Positions 45,932-56,070 of a stretch of DNA of 64,000 bases are shown here, piece by piece. How positions within the stretch are numbered: the first letter of the stretch is position 1; the number at the start of each line of letters is the position of its first letter. A program made the translations under genes and the position numbers. The notes under the pieces were generated by a model. The model was not told the origin of the DNA. It saw only the letters and a program-made list of their open reading frames with translations, and ran no database searches. This stretch comes from Stellaceae bacterium (lineage in GTDB: Bacteria; Pseudomonadota; Alphaproteobacteria; ATCC43930; CGMCC-115725): assembly GCA_036264235.1 (NCBI GenBank), contig DATARH010000174.1:2386-66385 (forward strand). Reading direction: 5' to 3'.

Positions 45932-47046
45932 TGGCAGATGCGCCGGTCGAGCGGCTGCACGTCGAGCTCGGCGACCGCGGCTACGACATCGTCATCGGTC
46001 CGGACCTCCTTGCCCGTGCCGGCGAGGAGATCGCAGCGCTGATGCGGCGCAAGCAGGCGGTTATCGTAACCGATGAGGTGGTCGCGCGGCACCATCTGGA
46101 ATCGCTGCGCAACAACCTTTCCGCCGCTGCAATCAACACCCATAGCGTGGTCCTGCCGCCGGGCGAGAGCACCAAGGACCTGGCGCATTTCGGCCGCCTG
46201 ATCGACGAGATCCTGGCGCTCGGCGTCGAGCGCGGCACGATGCTGGTCGCGCTCGGCGGCGGTGTCATCGGCGATATTTGCGGCTTCGCGGCGGCGACTC
46301 TGCTGCGTGGCCTCGATTTTGTGCAGATCCCGACCACACTCTTGGCGCAGGTCGACAGCTCGGTCGGTGGCAAGACCGCGATCAACACCACTGCGGGTAA
46401 GAACCTGCTCGGCGCGTTTTATCAGCCACGGCTTGTTCTGGCCGACACCGACACCCTGGATACGCTGCCGCGGCGCGAAATGCGCGCCGGCTATGCCGAG
46501 ATCGTCAAATACGGGCTGATCGGTGATGCGGCGTTTTTTGATTGGTTGGAAGCCGCGGGCGATGCGGTCTGCGACCTGCAACCGGCGGCGCTGACCCGGG
46601 CTGTGATGACCAGCTGCCGGATGAAGGCCGACATCGTCGCGCGCGACGAGCGCGAGACAGGTGACCGCGTCTTGTTGAATTTCGGTCACACCTTCGGGCA
46701 CGCGCTGGAGGCAGAGACTGGCTTCGGCGACGCCCTCCTGCACGGCGAGGGAGTGGCGCTCGGAATGATTCTGGCCTTCGATTTCGCGGTGACGCTTGGC
46801 CTCGCGAATGGGCAGGATGCACAGCGGGTGCGCCGGCACATCGCCGCTTCGGGGTTGCCGACGAGTCTGGTCGAGATCGGTTTGTCGGGTGCTGTCGCTG
46901 ACCGGTTGATCGCCCATATGGGCCGTGACAAGAAGGTGCGCGACGGCCGGATCACGTTGATCCTACCGCGCCGCATCGGCGAGGTGTTTGTGATGCGTGA
47001 TGTGTCGGCTGAAAGCCTGCGTACCTTTCTCACTTCAGCCGCGTGA
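45931..47046 (+). CDS. aroB: 3-dehydroquinate synthase
   Basis: LGGGVIGDICGFAAATLLRGLDFVQIPTTLLAQVDSSVGGKTAIN and NFGHTFGHALE. The ATG overlaps the aroK stop as TAATG. Confidence 0.95.
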   Translation: MADAPVERLHVELGDRGYDIVIGPDLLARAGEEIAALMRRKQAVIVTDEVVARHHLESLRNNLSAAAINTHSVVLPPGESTKDLAHFGRLIDEILALGVERGTMLVALGGGVIGDICGFAAATLLRGLDFVQIPTTLLAQVDSSVGGKTAINTTAGKNLLGAFYQPRLVLADTDTLDTLPRREMRAGYAEIVKYGLIGDAAFFDWLEAAGDAVCDLQPAALTRAVMTSCRMKADIVARDERETGDRVLLNFGHTFGHALEAETGFGDALLHGEGVALGMILAFDFAVTLGLANGQDAQRVRRHIAASGLPTSLVEIGLSGAVADRLIAHMGRDKKVRDGRITLILPRRIGEVFVMRDVSAESLRTFLTSAA

Positions 47047-47052
47047 CCGAAA

Positions 47053-47376
47053 TCACACACGCAGTCGACGTTGGGGCCCTTGCGGCTGGGTGAGGGGCAC
47101 GATCCCCGCCCTTGCCGCCGCCGAGCGATAGAACTGGACGATGTAGACGCGAATCCCGGCAGTCAGACTTGAGGCGGTGCGGTCGCGCTCGATTTCGGTG
47201 ACGATCTCCCGCAGCGTCCGCTGTTGGTGACGCGCGATTTCGGTCAGCGCATCCCACATCGTCGGTTCGAGCCGGACGCTGGTGCGCCGACCACCGACAA
47301 TGACGTTCCGAATGACAAGCGATGATTTGTTCGGCGCCCGATTCTGCAGCGGTCGCCGGCGTAGCGTCTCCTCCAT
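47053..47376 (-). CDS. ribbon-helix-helix domain protein
   Basis: LVIRNVIVGGRRTSVRLEPTMWDALTEIARHQQRTLREIVTEI is the RHH pattern of a conserved alphaproteobacterial family, as I remember it. Confidence 0.7.
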   Translation of the reverse strand: MEETLRRRPLQNRAPNKSSLVIRNVIVGGRRTSVRLEPTMWDALTEIARHQQRTLREIVTEIERDRTASSLTAGIRVYIVQFYRSAAARAGIVPLTQPQGPQRRLRV

Positions 47377-47460
47377 GCAGGCAATGTACTCGCGTGAGGT
47401 CGCGATGCAACCATTACGAGTTAATAAATTTGATACACATCCTACAGATGTATGCGTCAG

Positions 47461-48837
47461 CTAAGCGCCGGCCACGGTCATATCGTCGATCCGGACCGTT
47501 GGCGCATCGCTGCCGGTGCGGAATTCGAGATCGTTGGCGGCTGTCAGCCGCGCGAATATATCGTTCAAATTACCGGCGATCGTGATCTCGCTGACCGGGA
47601 AGGCGAGCTCACCATTTTCGATCCAGAATCCTGCGGCGCCGCGGCTGTAATCGCCCGTGATGCCGTTGACCCCCATGCCCATAAGTTCGGTCACGAAGAA
47701 CCCGCTCTTGATATCGGCAATCAGCTCTTGCGGGCTCATGTCGCCCGGTTCCAGCCAGATATTCGTGGCGGCGGGAGAAGGCGGCGAGGCGGTGCCTCGT
47801 GCGGCATGGCCCGTCGTCTCCAGTTTGAGCTGCCGCGCCGAACGCAGGTCGAGCAGCCAAGTCGTCAGCACACCCTTGTCGATCAGCGCGCGCCGCCGGT
47901 TGGCGATACCCTCGCCGTCGAATGGCTTGGAACGCAGTCCGCGATGGCGATGTGGGTCCTCGATGATTGTGATCGCCTCGGGAAAGATGCGCTTGCCGAG
48001 CTTGTCGCGCAGAAAGCTGGTGCCGCGGGCGATCGACGGCCCGGAAATGGCGCCGAGCAAATGCGAGATCAGGCTGCGCGATACCCGGGGATCGAACACG
48101 ACGGGGCAACGGCAGGTCGGCATCTTGCGGGCACCAAGGCGCTTTACAGCCTTTTCTGCGGCGCAGCGGCCGATTTCGGCCGAATCGCGCAGATCGGCGG
48201 CGAAAGCCGCACTGGCGAAATCGTAATCGCGCTCCATCCGCGTGCCTTCGCCGCTCAATACCGCTACGCTGACGCTGTGGCTCGAGCCGGCGTAGCTGCC
48301 GGCGAAACCGTTCGAGGTGGCGAGCGCTACCCGCGAGCGACCCCATCCCGCCTCGGCGCCTTCGGAATTGGTAATGCCCTTCACCGCGAGCGCCGCATCT
48401 TCGGCGGCCGCGGCCCGCTCGATCAGGGTTTCGGCGCTGGGTTCGGACGGATCGAGCATGTCTAGCGACGGCCAGTCGCGGGCGATCTGGTCGGGCTCGG
48501 CAAGACCGCAGAACGGGTCTTCCGGCACTGCCCGCGCCATCGCCAGCGTCCGTTCGACCAATTCGGTGAGCATCTTCGGCGAGCGGTCGCTGCTCGAGAC
48601 GATCGCCTGCTGCCGTCCGACAAAGACCCGCAGACCGAGGTCCTGGCCCTCGGAGCGTTCGAGCCGTTCGGTCTTGCCAAGCCGACGGGCATGCGATAGC
48701 GAGGTGCCTTCGAACAGCACCGCGTCGGCGGCATCGGCGCCCGCCTTGCGGGCGCGCGCGATCAGATCCTGCAGCAGGTCGATCGCATTCTGGGCTTCGC
48801 TGTCGGGCATCGGAACTCTCTTCATTCTCGGTGGCAA
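47461..48837 (-). CDS. pmbA: TldD/PmbA-family metalloprotease, PmbA-type
   Basis: GADAADAVLFEGTSLSHARRLGKTERLERSEGQDLGLRVFVG, and a C-terminal GITGDYSRGAAGFWIENGE. The ATG at 48810 is an alternative start. Confidence 0.9.
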   Translation of the reverse strand: MPPRMKRVPMPDSEAQNAIDLLQDLIARARKAGADAADAVLFEGTSLSHARRLGKTERLERSEGQDLGLRVFVGRQQAIVSSSDRSPKMLTELVERTLAMARAVPEDPFCGLAEPDQIARDWPSLDMLDPSEPSAETLIERAAAAEDAALAVKGITNSEGAEAGWGRSRVALATSNGFAGSYAGSSHSVSVAVLSGEGTRMERDYDFASAAFAADLRDSAEIGRCAAEKAVKRLGARKMPTCRCPVVFDPRVSRSLISHLLGAISGPSIARGTSFLRDKLGKRIFPEAITIIEDPHRHRGLRSKPFDGEGIANRRRALIDKGVLTTWLLDLRSARQLKLETTGHAARGTASPPSPAATNIWLEPGDMSPQELIADIKSGFFVTELMGMGVNGITGDYSRGAAGFWIENGELAFPVSEITIAGNLNDIFARLTAANDLEFRTGSDAPTVRIDDMTVAGA

Positions 48838-48858
48838 AGACCGACACCGCAGCGCGGA

Positions 48859-49074
48859 TCAGGCTTCGGCCTTGCGATAGACCGGAATTTGCGTCGCGAT
48901 CGGTTTTGTCGAAAACCGCTGTCTGCCGAACAGATAGGGTGGCGGACCGTCGCCGTCGAAGGTCAATTCGTCGCCGGTGAGGACCGAAAAATAGAACAGC
49001 GCCGCCTCGTCGTCGGTCCGATAGGCGGTGAACAGTTTCTGGTCCGCGGCGCGCTTCAAGTTATAATAGGCCAT
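48859..49074 (-). CDS. hypothetical small protein (71 aa) between ubiD and pmbA
   Basis: Open frame with host-like third positions, tightly packed between the two genes (13 and 21 nt gaps). No motif recognised. Confidence 0.45.
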   Translation of the reverse strand: MAYYNLKRAADQKLFTAYRTDDEAALFYFSVLTGDELTFDGDGPPPYLFGRQRFSTKPIATQIPVYRKAEA

Positions 49075-49087
49075 CTGTCGCTCCCGT

Positions 49088-50605
49088 TCAGACCTTGCGT
49101 TGTTTCCAGATCGGCTTGCCGCTGCCGGGTAGCCCGTATTCCGGCCATTTGCGGGTTACCGCCTCAACGATGTCGTCGGCCATCCGGATCGGCCGGCCCC
49201 AATCCCGTTTCGTTTCCGGCGGCATCTTGGTGGTCGCGTCGAGGCCGATCTTGCCGCCGAGGCCCGATTGCGGTGAGGCGAAGTCGAGGTAGTCGATCGG
49301 CGTGTTGTCGACAAGCGTCACATCGCGCACAGGATCCATGCGGGTCGAGATCGCCCACATCACATCCTTCCAGTCGCGCGCCGAGATGTCGTCGTCCACG
49401 ACGACGACAATCTTGGTGTAGATGAACTGACGCAGGAAAGACCAGACGCCCATCATTACCCGCTTCGCCTGGCCGGGGTAGCTCTTGCGGATCGACACCA
49501 CCGCGATCCGGTACGAGCATCCCTCGGGTGGCAACCAGAAATCGACGATTTCGGGGAACTGCTGCTGCAGCAGCGGAATGAAGACCTCGTTCAACGCTTC
49601 GCCGAGAACCGATGGCTCGTCCGGCGGGCGCCCCGTAAACGTCGACAGATAGATCGGGTCACGCCGCATTGTGATCGCCGAGATGCGGAACACCGGGAAC
49701 TGTTCGACCGCATTGTAGTAACCGGTGTGATCGCCGTAAGGACCTTCGTCGCGGTAATCATCGAGCGCGACATGCCCCTCGAGCACGATCTCGGCCTCGG
49801 CCGGCACCTTGAGCGGTACCGTGCGGCAATCGACGAGGTCGAGCCGCTTCCCGCGCAGCAGCCCCGCGAATTGATACTCGGAGAGTGTGTCGGGCACCGG
49901 CGTCACCGCCGCGATGATCGTGCCCGGATCGGCGCCGATCACCGCCGCGGCCGGCAGCGGTTCGGTCGTCGTCTCGCGCCAGCGCTGGTGATGCTGCGCG
50001 CCGCCACGATGGCGTAGCCAGCGCATCAGCGTCGTGTCGCGGCCGGTGACCTGCATCCGATAGATGCCGAGATTGAACCCGTCCTGGCGCCCCTTTCCGG
50101 GCCCCTTTGTCACCACCAGTGGCCAAGTGATCAGCGGCGCCGGCTCATTCGGCCAGCAGGTCTGGATTGGCAGTCGCGCGAGATCGATATCGGCGCCCTC
50201 GAGCACGATCTCCTGGCACGGCGCGCTGCCGACGCTGCGCGGGCGCATCGCCATGACCGTTTTCAACAGCGGCAACATGTCGAGCGCCTCACGCCAACCG
50301 CCGGGCGGTTCCGGTTGTTTCAGAAACGCAAGGGTCTCGCCAATCTCGCGCAGCTGCTGCGGCTCGCGGTCCATGCCCCAGGCAACGCGCTCGACCGTGC
50401 CAAACAAATTCACCAGCACCGGCATGTTTGGCCGCGCCGTGTCGTGCACGACATTCTCGAACAGGACCGCCGGCCCGGACTCGGCGAGGAGCCGGGTCTG
50501 GATCTCGGTCATTTCAAGAAAGGGCGAGACTGGCGTCGCGACCCGCACCAGTCGCCCGCTCGCTTCGAGGCGGGCGATAAAGTCGCGCAGGCTCGCGTAG
50601 GGCAT
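49088..50605 (-). CDS. ubiD: UbiD-family decarboxylase (4-hydroxy-3-polyprenylbenzoate decarboxylase)
   Basis: [22 protein letters not shown]...GPAVLFENV...GIYRMQV...[10 protein letters not shown]. 505 aa. Confidence 0.95.
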   Translation of the reverse strand: MPYASLRDFIARLEASGRLVRVATPVSPFLEMTEIQTRLLAESGPAVLFENVVHDTARPNMPVLVNLFGTVERVAWGMDREPQQLREIGETLAFLKQPEPPGGWREALDMLPLLKTVMAMRPRSVGSAPCQEIVLEGADIDLARLPIQTCWPNEPAPLITWPLVVTKGPGKGRQDGFNLGIYRMQVTGRDTTLMRWLRHRGGAQHHQRWRETTTEPLPAAAVIGADPGTIIAAVTPVPDTLSEYQFAGLLRGKRLDLVDCRTVPLKVPAEAEIVLEGHVALDDYRDEGPYGDHTGYYNAVEQFPVFRISAITMRRDPIYLSTFTGRPPDEPSVLGEALNEVFIPLLQQQFPEIVDFWLPPEGCSYRIAVVSIRKSYPGQAKRVMMGVWSFLRQFIYTKIVVVVDDDISARDWKDVMWAISTRMDPVRDVTLVDNTPIDYLDFASPQSGLGGKIGLDATTKMPPETKRDWGRPIRMADDIVEAVTRKWPEYGLPGSGKPIWKQRKV

Positions 50606-50650
50606 GGCGGCCTTATATCACGTCCATTCGCTCCGGCATGGAGGGCAGCG

Positions 50651-51001
50651 GTGACGCAGAGTCGGGAACTGATCGAGCGGGTCTACGCGCGGTTCAATGC
50701 GCGCGATATCAATGGCGTGCTCACGGCGGTGCACAGCGAGGTCGAGTGGGCGAACGGCTTGGAGGGCGGCCATGTCCGGGGGCACGAAGGCATTCGCGAA
50801 TACTGGGAGAGGCAGTGGGCCATGATCGACCCGCATGTGGAACCGACCAGTATTTCTGTCGGGGCGGACGGCCAAATCGTCGTCGAGGTGCGTCAGACCG
50901 TCCGCGACCTGACCGGCAGATTGTTCGGCGAAGAGGTTGTCCGGCATGTTTTCCGGATCAAGGACGGGCTGATCCGGCGCTTCGACATCCGCGGCGTATA
51001 A
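50651..51001 (+). CDS. NTF2-fold (SnoaL-like) protein
   Basis: SRELIERVYARFNARDINGVLTAVHSEVEWANG...VVRHVFRIKDGLIRRFDI. I chose the GTG at 50651. The upstream part of track ORF 50315 is antisense to ubiD. Confidence 0.6.
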   Translation: MTQSRELIERVYARFNARDINGVLTAVHSEVEWANGLEGGHVRGHEGIREYWERQWAMIDPHVEPTSISVGADGQIVVEVRQTVRDLTGRLFGEEVVRHVFRIKDGLIRRFDIRGV

Positions 51002-51018
51002 TCATCGCGGCCGGCCAT

Positions 51019-52197
51019 TCAATCTCCGGCGACCGCCGCCGTGGTAGAGACCGGCCGGAGCAGCCACAGCGACGCGAAGGCGGCGAGGTTGAGGCCGACC
51101 GTCAACAGCACTGCGGTAACGCCGACCCGGTCGAGCAGCAGTCCGAACAGGAACGGTGCCGCCGATACCGCCAGCCGCGCCGGCACCGACAGGAGGCCAT
51201 TGCGCAGCCCGTAACCCGCCGGCCCGAAGATAGCCAGCGGCAGGGTGCCGCGTGCGATCGTGATCATGCCGTTGCCGGCGCCATAGGCGAGCGCGAACGG
51301 CATAATCGCGGCCGGACCGAACGCTGCCAGCAATAGAGCCCCCGTCGGATGCAGGATCACCGCGATCCGCGCCGACCACACCGGATGCAGCGCGCGCATC
51401 AGCGCGAACTCGCAAATCCGCGCCGCGACCTGCGCCGGTCCGACCAGCGTGCCGGCGATAATTGCGGCGCTCTCGGTGGCGCCGGCGGTCTCCAGGAAGC
51501 GCAGCAGATGCGCCTGCAGGGCGCCGGTTACGAACGCGGTTGCGGCGAAATAGAAAGCAAGGATTGGCATCGCGCCGCGCGGCGGCTCGGAGCCCTCGGT
51601 TGCGCCGGTGCGCGACTGGGCGGCCGCCAGGGGTGGCGCCGGCGGGATCACCAGCCAATTCAGCGGCAGGCACACGACCAGGTTGACGCCGGCCCAGATC
51701 AGGCAGGCGTCGCGCCAGCCGAAGGTATGCTCGAACCAGGCCGAGGCCGGCCATCCGACGGTGCTGGCGAAGCCAGCGATCAGGGTGATCCCGGTGATCG
51801 CGGCGCGCGCGTCGCGGCCGTACAGCCGGGTCAGTGTCGCGAACGCCGGATCGTAGAGCCCCATCGCCATGCCGATCCCGAGCACCAGCCAGGCGATGGT
51901 CAGTCCGGCGATGCCCTGTGCCAGCCCGAGCAGCGCCAGCCCGGCGGCGATGATCAGGCTTGAGGCGGTCAGCACGGCGCGGCCGCCATGTCGGTCGATC
52001 AGGACGCCGATGTACGGTGCGGTCGCGGCGCCGAGTAGCAGCGCCACCGAGAACACGCCGAAGAAGACGCTCGTCGATAGCCCGAGCCCCGCCGCGATCG
52101 GTCCGCCGAGCACAGCCGGCAGGTAGTAGCTCGAGCCCCAGGCCAGCGTCTGGGTCGAGCCGAGCACGGCGACGACCAGGGTCTTGTTCGGCGTCAT
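51019..52197 (-). CDS. MFS transporter
   Basis: 392 aa with about 12 TM helices. The N-terminus reads LVVAVLGSTQTLAWGSSYYLPAVL. Confidence 0.85.
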   Translation of the reverse strand: MTPNKTLVVAVLGSTQTLAWGSSYYLPAVLGGPIAAGLGLSTSVFFGVFSVALLLGAATAPYIGVLIDRHGGRAVLTASSLIIAAGLALLGLAQGIAGLTIAWLVLGIGMAMGLYDPAFATLTRLYGRDARAAITGITLIAGFASTVGWPASAWFEHTFGWRDACLIWAGVNLVVCLPLNWLVIPPAPPLAAAQSRTGATEGSEPPRGAMPILAFYFAATAFVTGALQAHLLRFLETAGATESAAIIAGTLVGPAQVAARICEFALMRALHPVWSARIAVILHPTGALLLAAFGPAAIMPFALAYGAGNGMITIARGTLPLAIFGPAGYGLRNGLLSVPARLAVSAAPFLFGLLLDRVGVTAVLLTVGLNLAAFASLWLLRPVSTTAAVAGD

Positions 52198-52273
52198 TGT
52201 TACGATTGAATGACAGGAGTCGCCACGTCACGCCACCGCTTCGCGCGGTCGTTCCGGCGAGCCCCACCGGGCC

Positions 52274-52921
52274 TCATTCCGACAGCACTTGCCACACGAC
52301 GCCGTCGCGTGAGTCGCGGTCTTCGAGTTCCCGGCTGGTCGGCACCTGACACCTTGCCAGCTCACGCAGTCCATGCGTCGGCAAATAGCTGCGAAGTGGG
52401 TCGCCGAGCAAGACAAGGCTGCCGCACCGTGCCAGGCCTCGCAGCCAACGCATTGCCCGGTCGGTCATCGGCTGCTCGTAGCAGATATCGCCCGCCGTCA
52501 CGACCTGCCAAGACCCCGGCTCCATGTCGAGCAGATCGGCGGTGATGACCGAGATTTCGGTTCCATTCAGCGCCGCATTGGCGACAATGGCGGCGGCGCA
52601 GAAGGGGTCGGTATCGACGGCGGTGACGCGGGCTGCACCCGCCTTTGCCGCGGCGATCGCGACGAGCCCCGACCCCGATCCGAAATCGAGAACCTCGCGG
52701 CCGGCGACACTCTCCGGCCGGTCGAGCAGATAACGCGCCAGCGCCTGCCCGCCGGCCCAGGCAAAGGCCCAGAACGGCGGCGGCACCGCTCCGCGCGCCA
52801 GCGTCTCCTCGGTCGCTTGCCAAATCGGCGTTATCTCCGTCGCGAGGTGCAGCCGGATTTCCGGCACCAGCGGCGGGGCTTCGATTGCCGTGTTGTCGCG
52901 CACGAAGCTGGCAGGGTCCAC
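52274..52921 (-). CDS. class I SAM-dependent methyltransferase (PrmA / protein-lysine MT-like)
   Basis: VLDFGSGSGLVAIAAAKAGAARVTAVDTDP and AGDICYE. I chose the GTG at 52921, 5 nt downstream of the ubiA stop. The track start at 53122 would overlap ubiA. Confidence 0.75.
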   Translation of the reverse strand: MDPASFVRDNTAIEAPPLVPEIRLHLATEITPIWQATEETLARGAVPPPFWAFAWAGGQALARYLLDRPESVAGREVLDFGSGSGLVAIAAAKAGAARVTAVDTDPFCAAAIVANAALNGTEISVITADLLDMEPGSWQVVTAGDICYEQPMTDRAMRWLRGLARCGSLVLLGDPLRSYLPTHGLRELARCQVPTSRELEDRDSRDGVVWQVLSE

Positions 52922-52926
52922 GCCGC

Positions 52927-53853
52927 TCAGCGGAAATGGCCGGCGACGATACCGGCCAGCATCAGCCAGCCGACGACCCGGTTCGAGCGGAATTTGGCCA
53001 GGCAATCGGTCGGATCCTCGGTATCGACGCGGCCCGCCTGCCAGAACAGCTGCACCGCAGCCAGGGCTAGCCCGAACCGGAACCACATCCCCGAGCCGGC
53101 GGCGACACCAGCGCAGGCCCATAGCAGCACCGCGGCGCCGTAGAACGCGAACAAAAACGGCCGGGTACGTTCGCCCAGCGCCAGCGCCGACGACTTGACG
53201 CCGATCCGGGCGTCGTCCTCCTTGTCCTGATGCGCGTAGATCGTGTCATAGCCGAGCGTCCAGCAGATGCCGCCGAGATACAGCAGCACCGGCGGCCAGG
53301 CGAGCCGCCCGGTGACCGCGGTCCAGCCGAGCAGGGCGCCCCAATTGAAATTGAGGCCGAGAAACAGCTGCGGCCAATAGGTGATCCGCTTCATGAACGG
53401 ATAGGTGCCGATCAGCAGCAGCACCGCGAGCCCGACCAGGACGCTCGTCCGATTGAGGCTCAGCAGGATTGCCGCGCCGATCGCCAGCTGCGCCAGCATG
53501 AAGACCACCGCCTGTCGGACCGTCACCCGCCCGCTCGGTAGGGGTCGTGTGCGGGTGCGTGCGACCTTGCCATCGTAGTCGCGGTCGGCGATGTCGTTGA
53601 GGGTACAGCCGGCGCCGCGCATCGCCACCGCGCCGACCCCGAACAGGATCACCAGCACCGGGTCGGGCCAACCCGTTCCCGCCAGCGCGATCCCCCACCA
53701 CGCCGGGAACAGCAGCAGCCAGGTGCCTATCGGCCGATCGAGCCGGGCCAGCCGCGCATAAGGCTCAGCCCAACCCGGCAGCCACCGGTCGACCCAGTCG
53801 CCGGCAAGGATGTCGGTAGCAGTGTCCGATACCGGAGCCCTGAGACCATTCAT
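52927..53853 (-). CDS. ubiA: 4-hydroxybenzoate polyprenyltransferase
   Basis: ARLDRPIGTWLLLFPAWWG, GAGCTLNDIADRDYDGKVARTRTRPL, and YAHQDKEDD. Confidence 0.9.
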   Translation of the reverse strand: MNGLRAPVSDTATDILAGDWVDRWLPGWAEPYARLARLDRPIGTWLLLFPAWWGIALAGTGWPDPVLVILFGVGAVAMRGAGCTLNDIADRDYDGKVARTRTRPLPSGRVTVRQAVVFMLAQLAIGAAILLSLNRTSVLVGLAVLLLIGTYPFMKRITYWPQLFLGLNFNWGALLGWTAVTGRLAWPPVLLYLGGICWTLGYDTIYAHQDKEDDARIGVKSSALALGERTRPFLFAFYGAAVLLWACAGVAAGSGMWFRFGLALAAVQLFWQAGRVDTEDPTDCLAKFRSNRVVGWLMLAGIVAGHFR

Positions 53854-53894
53854 TCGCTAATCTTGGGACCGAGACTCGCTGGGCTCAAGCCGCC

Positions 53895-54647
53895 ATGTCG
53901 GAACATATCGCTACCCGCCTCTATATCCCGGGCCCTTTGGAAAGCGGCGCTGACGTCCCGCTCGGCGGTGCGCAGGCCCACCGCTTGCGCAATGTGCTAC
54001 GGCTTGGTGCCGGCGCCGCGGTCGCCGCCTTCAACGAGCGCGACGGCGAGTGGTATTGCAGCATCGCCGAACTCGGCCGCAACGCCGGTGCGCTCGCGGT
54101 CGGCGACCGTTTGCGGCCACCCGAGCTTGAAACGGATTTGTGGCTGATCTTCGCGCCGGTAAAGCGTGCCCGGCTTGACTGGCTAGTCGAGAAGGCGACC
54201 GAACTCGGCTGCTCGGCGCTGCTGCCGGTCTGGACCGCGCGCACCCAGACGGAACGGGTCAATCTGGAGCGTTTGGCAGCGCTTGCGGTGGCCGCCGCCG
54301 AACAATCCGAACGGCTGTCGGTGCCGGAGATCCGCGCGCCGGAACGGCTCGATCGGATGCTCGCCGCCTGGCCGGCCGAGCGGCCGCTGCTCGTCTGCGA
54401 CGAAACCGGTGGCGGCCGGCCGATCGCCGAACCATTGGCCGCGCTCGACGGTAACTGTGCGGCCGCGCTCCTGATCGGGCCGGAGGGTGGGTTTGATGCG
54501 ACGGAACTTGACGCTCTCCGCAAACTCCCCAATGTAACCCGCGTCGGGCTCGGCCCGAGGGTGTTGCGCGCCGAGACTGCTGCCCTTGCCGCTGTCGCGG
54601 TATTCCAGGCGCTTGTCGGGGATTGGCGCCGCGCTCGGCCGCGGTAA
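53895..54647 (+). CDS. rsmE: 16S rRNA (uracil1498-N3)-methyltransferase
   Basis: RLYIPGPL...AHRLRNVLRL...LDWLVEKATELG...LIGPEGGF...LGPRVLRAETAA. Confidence 0.9.
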   Translation: MSEHIATRLYIPGPLESGADVPLGGAQAHRLRNVLRLGAGAAVAAFNERDGEWYCSIAELGRNAGALAVGDRLRPPELETDLWLIFAPVKRARLDWLVEKATELGCSALLPVWTARTQTERVNLERLAALAVAAAEQSERLSVPEIRAPERLDRMLAAWPAERPLLVCDETGGGRPIAEPLAALDGNCAAALLIGPEGGFDATELDALRKLPNVTRVGLGPRVLRAETAALAAVAVFQALVGDWRRARPR

Positions 54648-54693
54648 CGCGGGTTCCTGTTGGTCTGTTACGCACTGGAGTCCCGAGTCCCGC

Positions 54694-56061
54694 ATGTCTG
54701 GTCCGTCGAGCCTGCAAGGCCCCGCGATCACCGAGAAACGGCAGCTCGTCGCCTATCACGAATCCGGCAACAAGCCGCCTGCCGAGTGGCGGGTCGGCAC
54801 CGAGCACGAAAAATTCGTCTTCCGCCGCGCCGACCTGAAGCGCGTTCCGTATGAGGGGCCTGACGGCATCGGCGCTTTCCTGACCGCGATGACACGCTTT
54901 GGCTGGAAGCCAGTCGTCGAGAAGGGCAACGTCATCGCGCTCAGCAACGATGCGCGATGTTCGATCACTCTTGAACCCGGCGGGCAGTTCGAATTGAGCG
55001 GGGCGCCGCTGGAGACCATCCACCAGACCTGCGATGAGGTCCACGAGCACCTGCGCCAAGTGCACGAGATTTGCGACGAGCTTGGTCTCGGCATGATCGG
55101 GCTCGGCTTCGACCCGCTCTCGCGGCGCGACGAGGTGCCGTGGATGCCGAAGGGCCGCTACCGGATCATGCGCGATTACATGCCCAAAAAGGGCCAGCTC
55201 GGTCTCGACATGATGCTGCGCACCTGCACCGTGCAGGCCAATCTCGACTACGGCTCAGAAGCCGACATGGTGAAGAAGTTCCAGGTCAGCCTGGCGCTGC
55301 AACCGGTCGCGGCGGCGCTATTCGCCAACTCGCCCTTTATCGAGGGCCGGCCGGTCGAGTTCCAGAGCTACCGCAGCTTCGTGTGGACCAACACGGATCC
55401 CGACCGCTGCGGCATGCTGCCCTTCGTCTTCGAGGACGGCTTCGGCTTCGAGCGCTATGTCGACTACATGCTCGATGTGCCGATGTACTTCGTCTACCGC
55501 GACGGGCAATACATCGATGCCAGCGGCCAATCCTTCCGCGACTTCATGGCCGGCCGCCTGCCCGCCCTACCCGGAGAGGTGCCGCTGATCGGCGACTGGG
55601 CCGATCACCTGACCACCGCCTTCCCGGAAGTCCGGCTCAAGACATACATCGAAATGCGCGGAGCCGATGGCGGGCCATGGCGGCGCCTCTGCGCCTTGCC
55701 GGCGCTGTGGGTCGGCATTCTCTATGATGGCACGGCGCTGGACGCCGCCGCCGACCTCGTAGCCGACTGGACCGAGGAGGAGCGCGACGCGATGCGCCGC
55801 GACGTGCCCAGGCTCGGCCTCGATACCCCGCACCGCAGCCGCACCCTGCGCGACGTCTCGCTCGAGATGCTCGACATCGCGCGCGAGGGACTCCACCGCC
55901 GTGCTCGGCGCAGCGCCGCCGGCGAGGACGAGACCCATTTTCTCGACAATCTGTTCTCGATCGCCGGCTCGGGCCGCACCGCGGCGGCCGAAATGGTCGA
56001 GGATTTCAACACGCGCTGGGCCGGCGACATCCGCCGGCTCTACACCGAATACGCCTACTGA
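54694..56061 (+). CDS. gshA: glutamate--cysteine ligase, GCS2 (plant/alphaproteobacterial) type
   Basis: WRVGTEHEKFVF, ITLEPGGQFELSGAP, MMLRTCTVQANLDY, and FPEVRLKTYIEMRGADGGPW. I moved the start to the ATG at 54694. Confidence 0.9.
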   Translation: MSGPSSLQGPAITEKRQLVAYHESGNKPPAEWRVGTEHEKFVFRRADLKRVPYEGPDGIGAFLTAMTRFGWKPVVEKGNVIALSNDARCSITLEPGGQFELSGAPLETIHQTCDEVHEHLRQVHEICDELGLGMIGLGFDPLSRRDEVPWMPKGRYRIMRDYMPKKGQLGLDMMLRTCTVQANLDYGSEADMVKKFQVSLALQPVAAALFANSPFIEGRPVEFQSYRSFVWTNTDPDRCGMLPFVFEDGFGFERYVDYMLDVPMYFVYRDGQYIDASGQSFRDFMAGRLPALPGEVPLIGDWADHLTTAFPEVRLKTYIEMRGADGGPWRRLCALPALWVGILYDGTALDAAADLVADWTEEERDAMRRDVPRLGLDTPHRSRTLRDVSLEMLDIAREGLHRRARRSAAGEDETHFLDNLFSIAGSGRTAAAEMVEDFNTRWAGDIRRLYTEYAY

Positions 56062-56070
56062 GTTCGCGAA

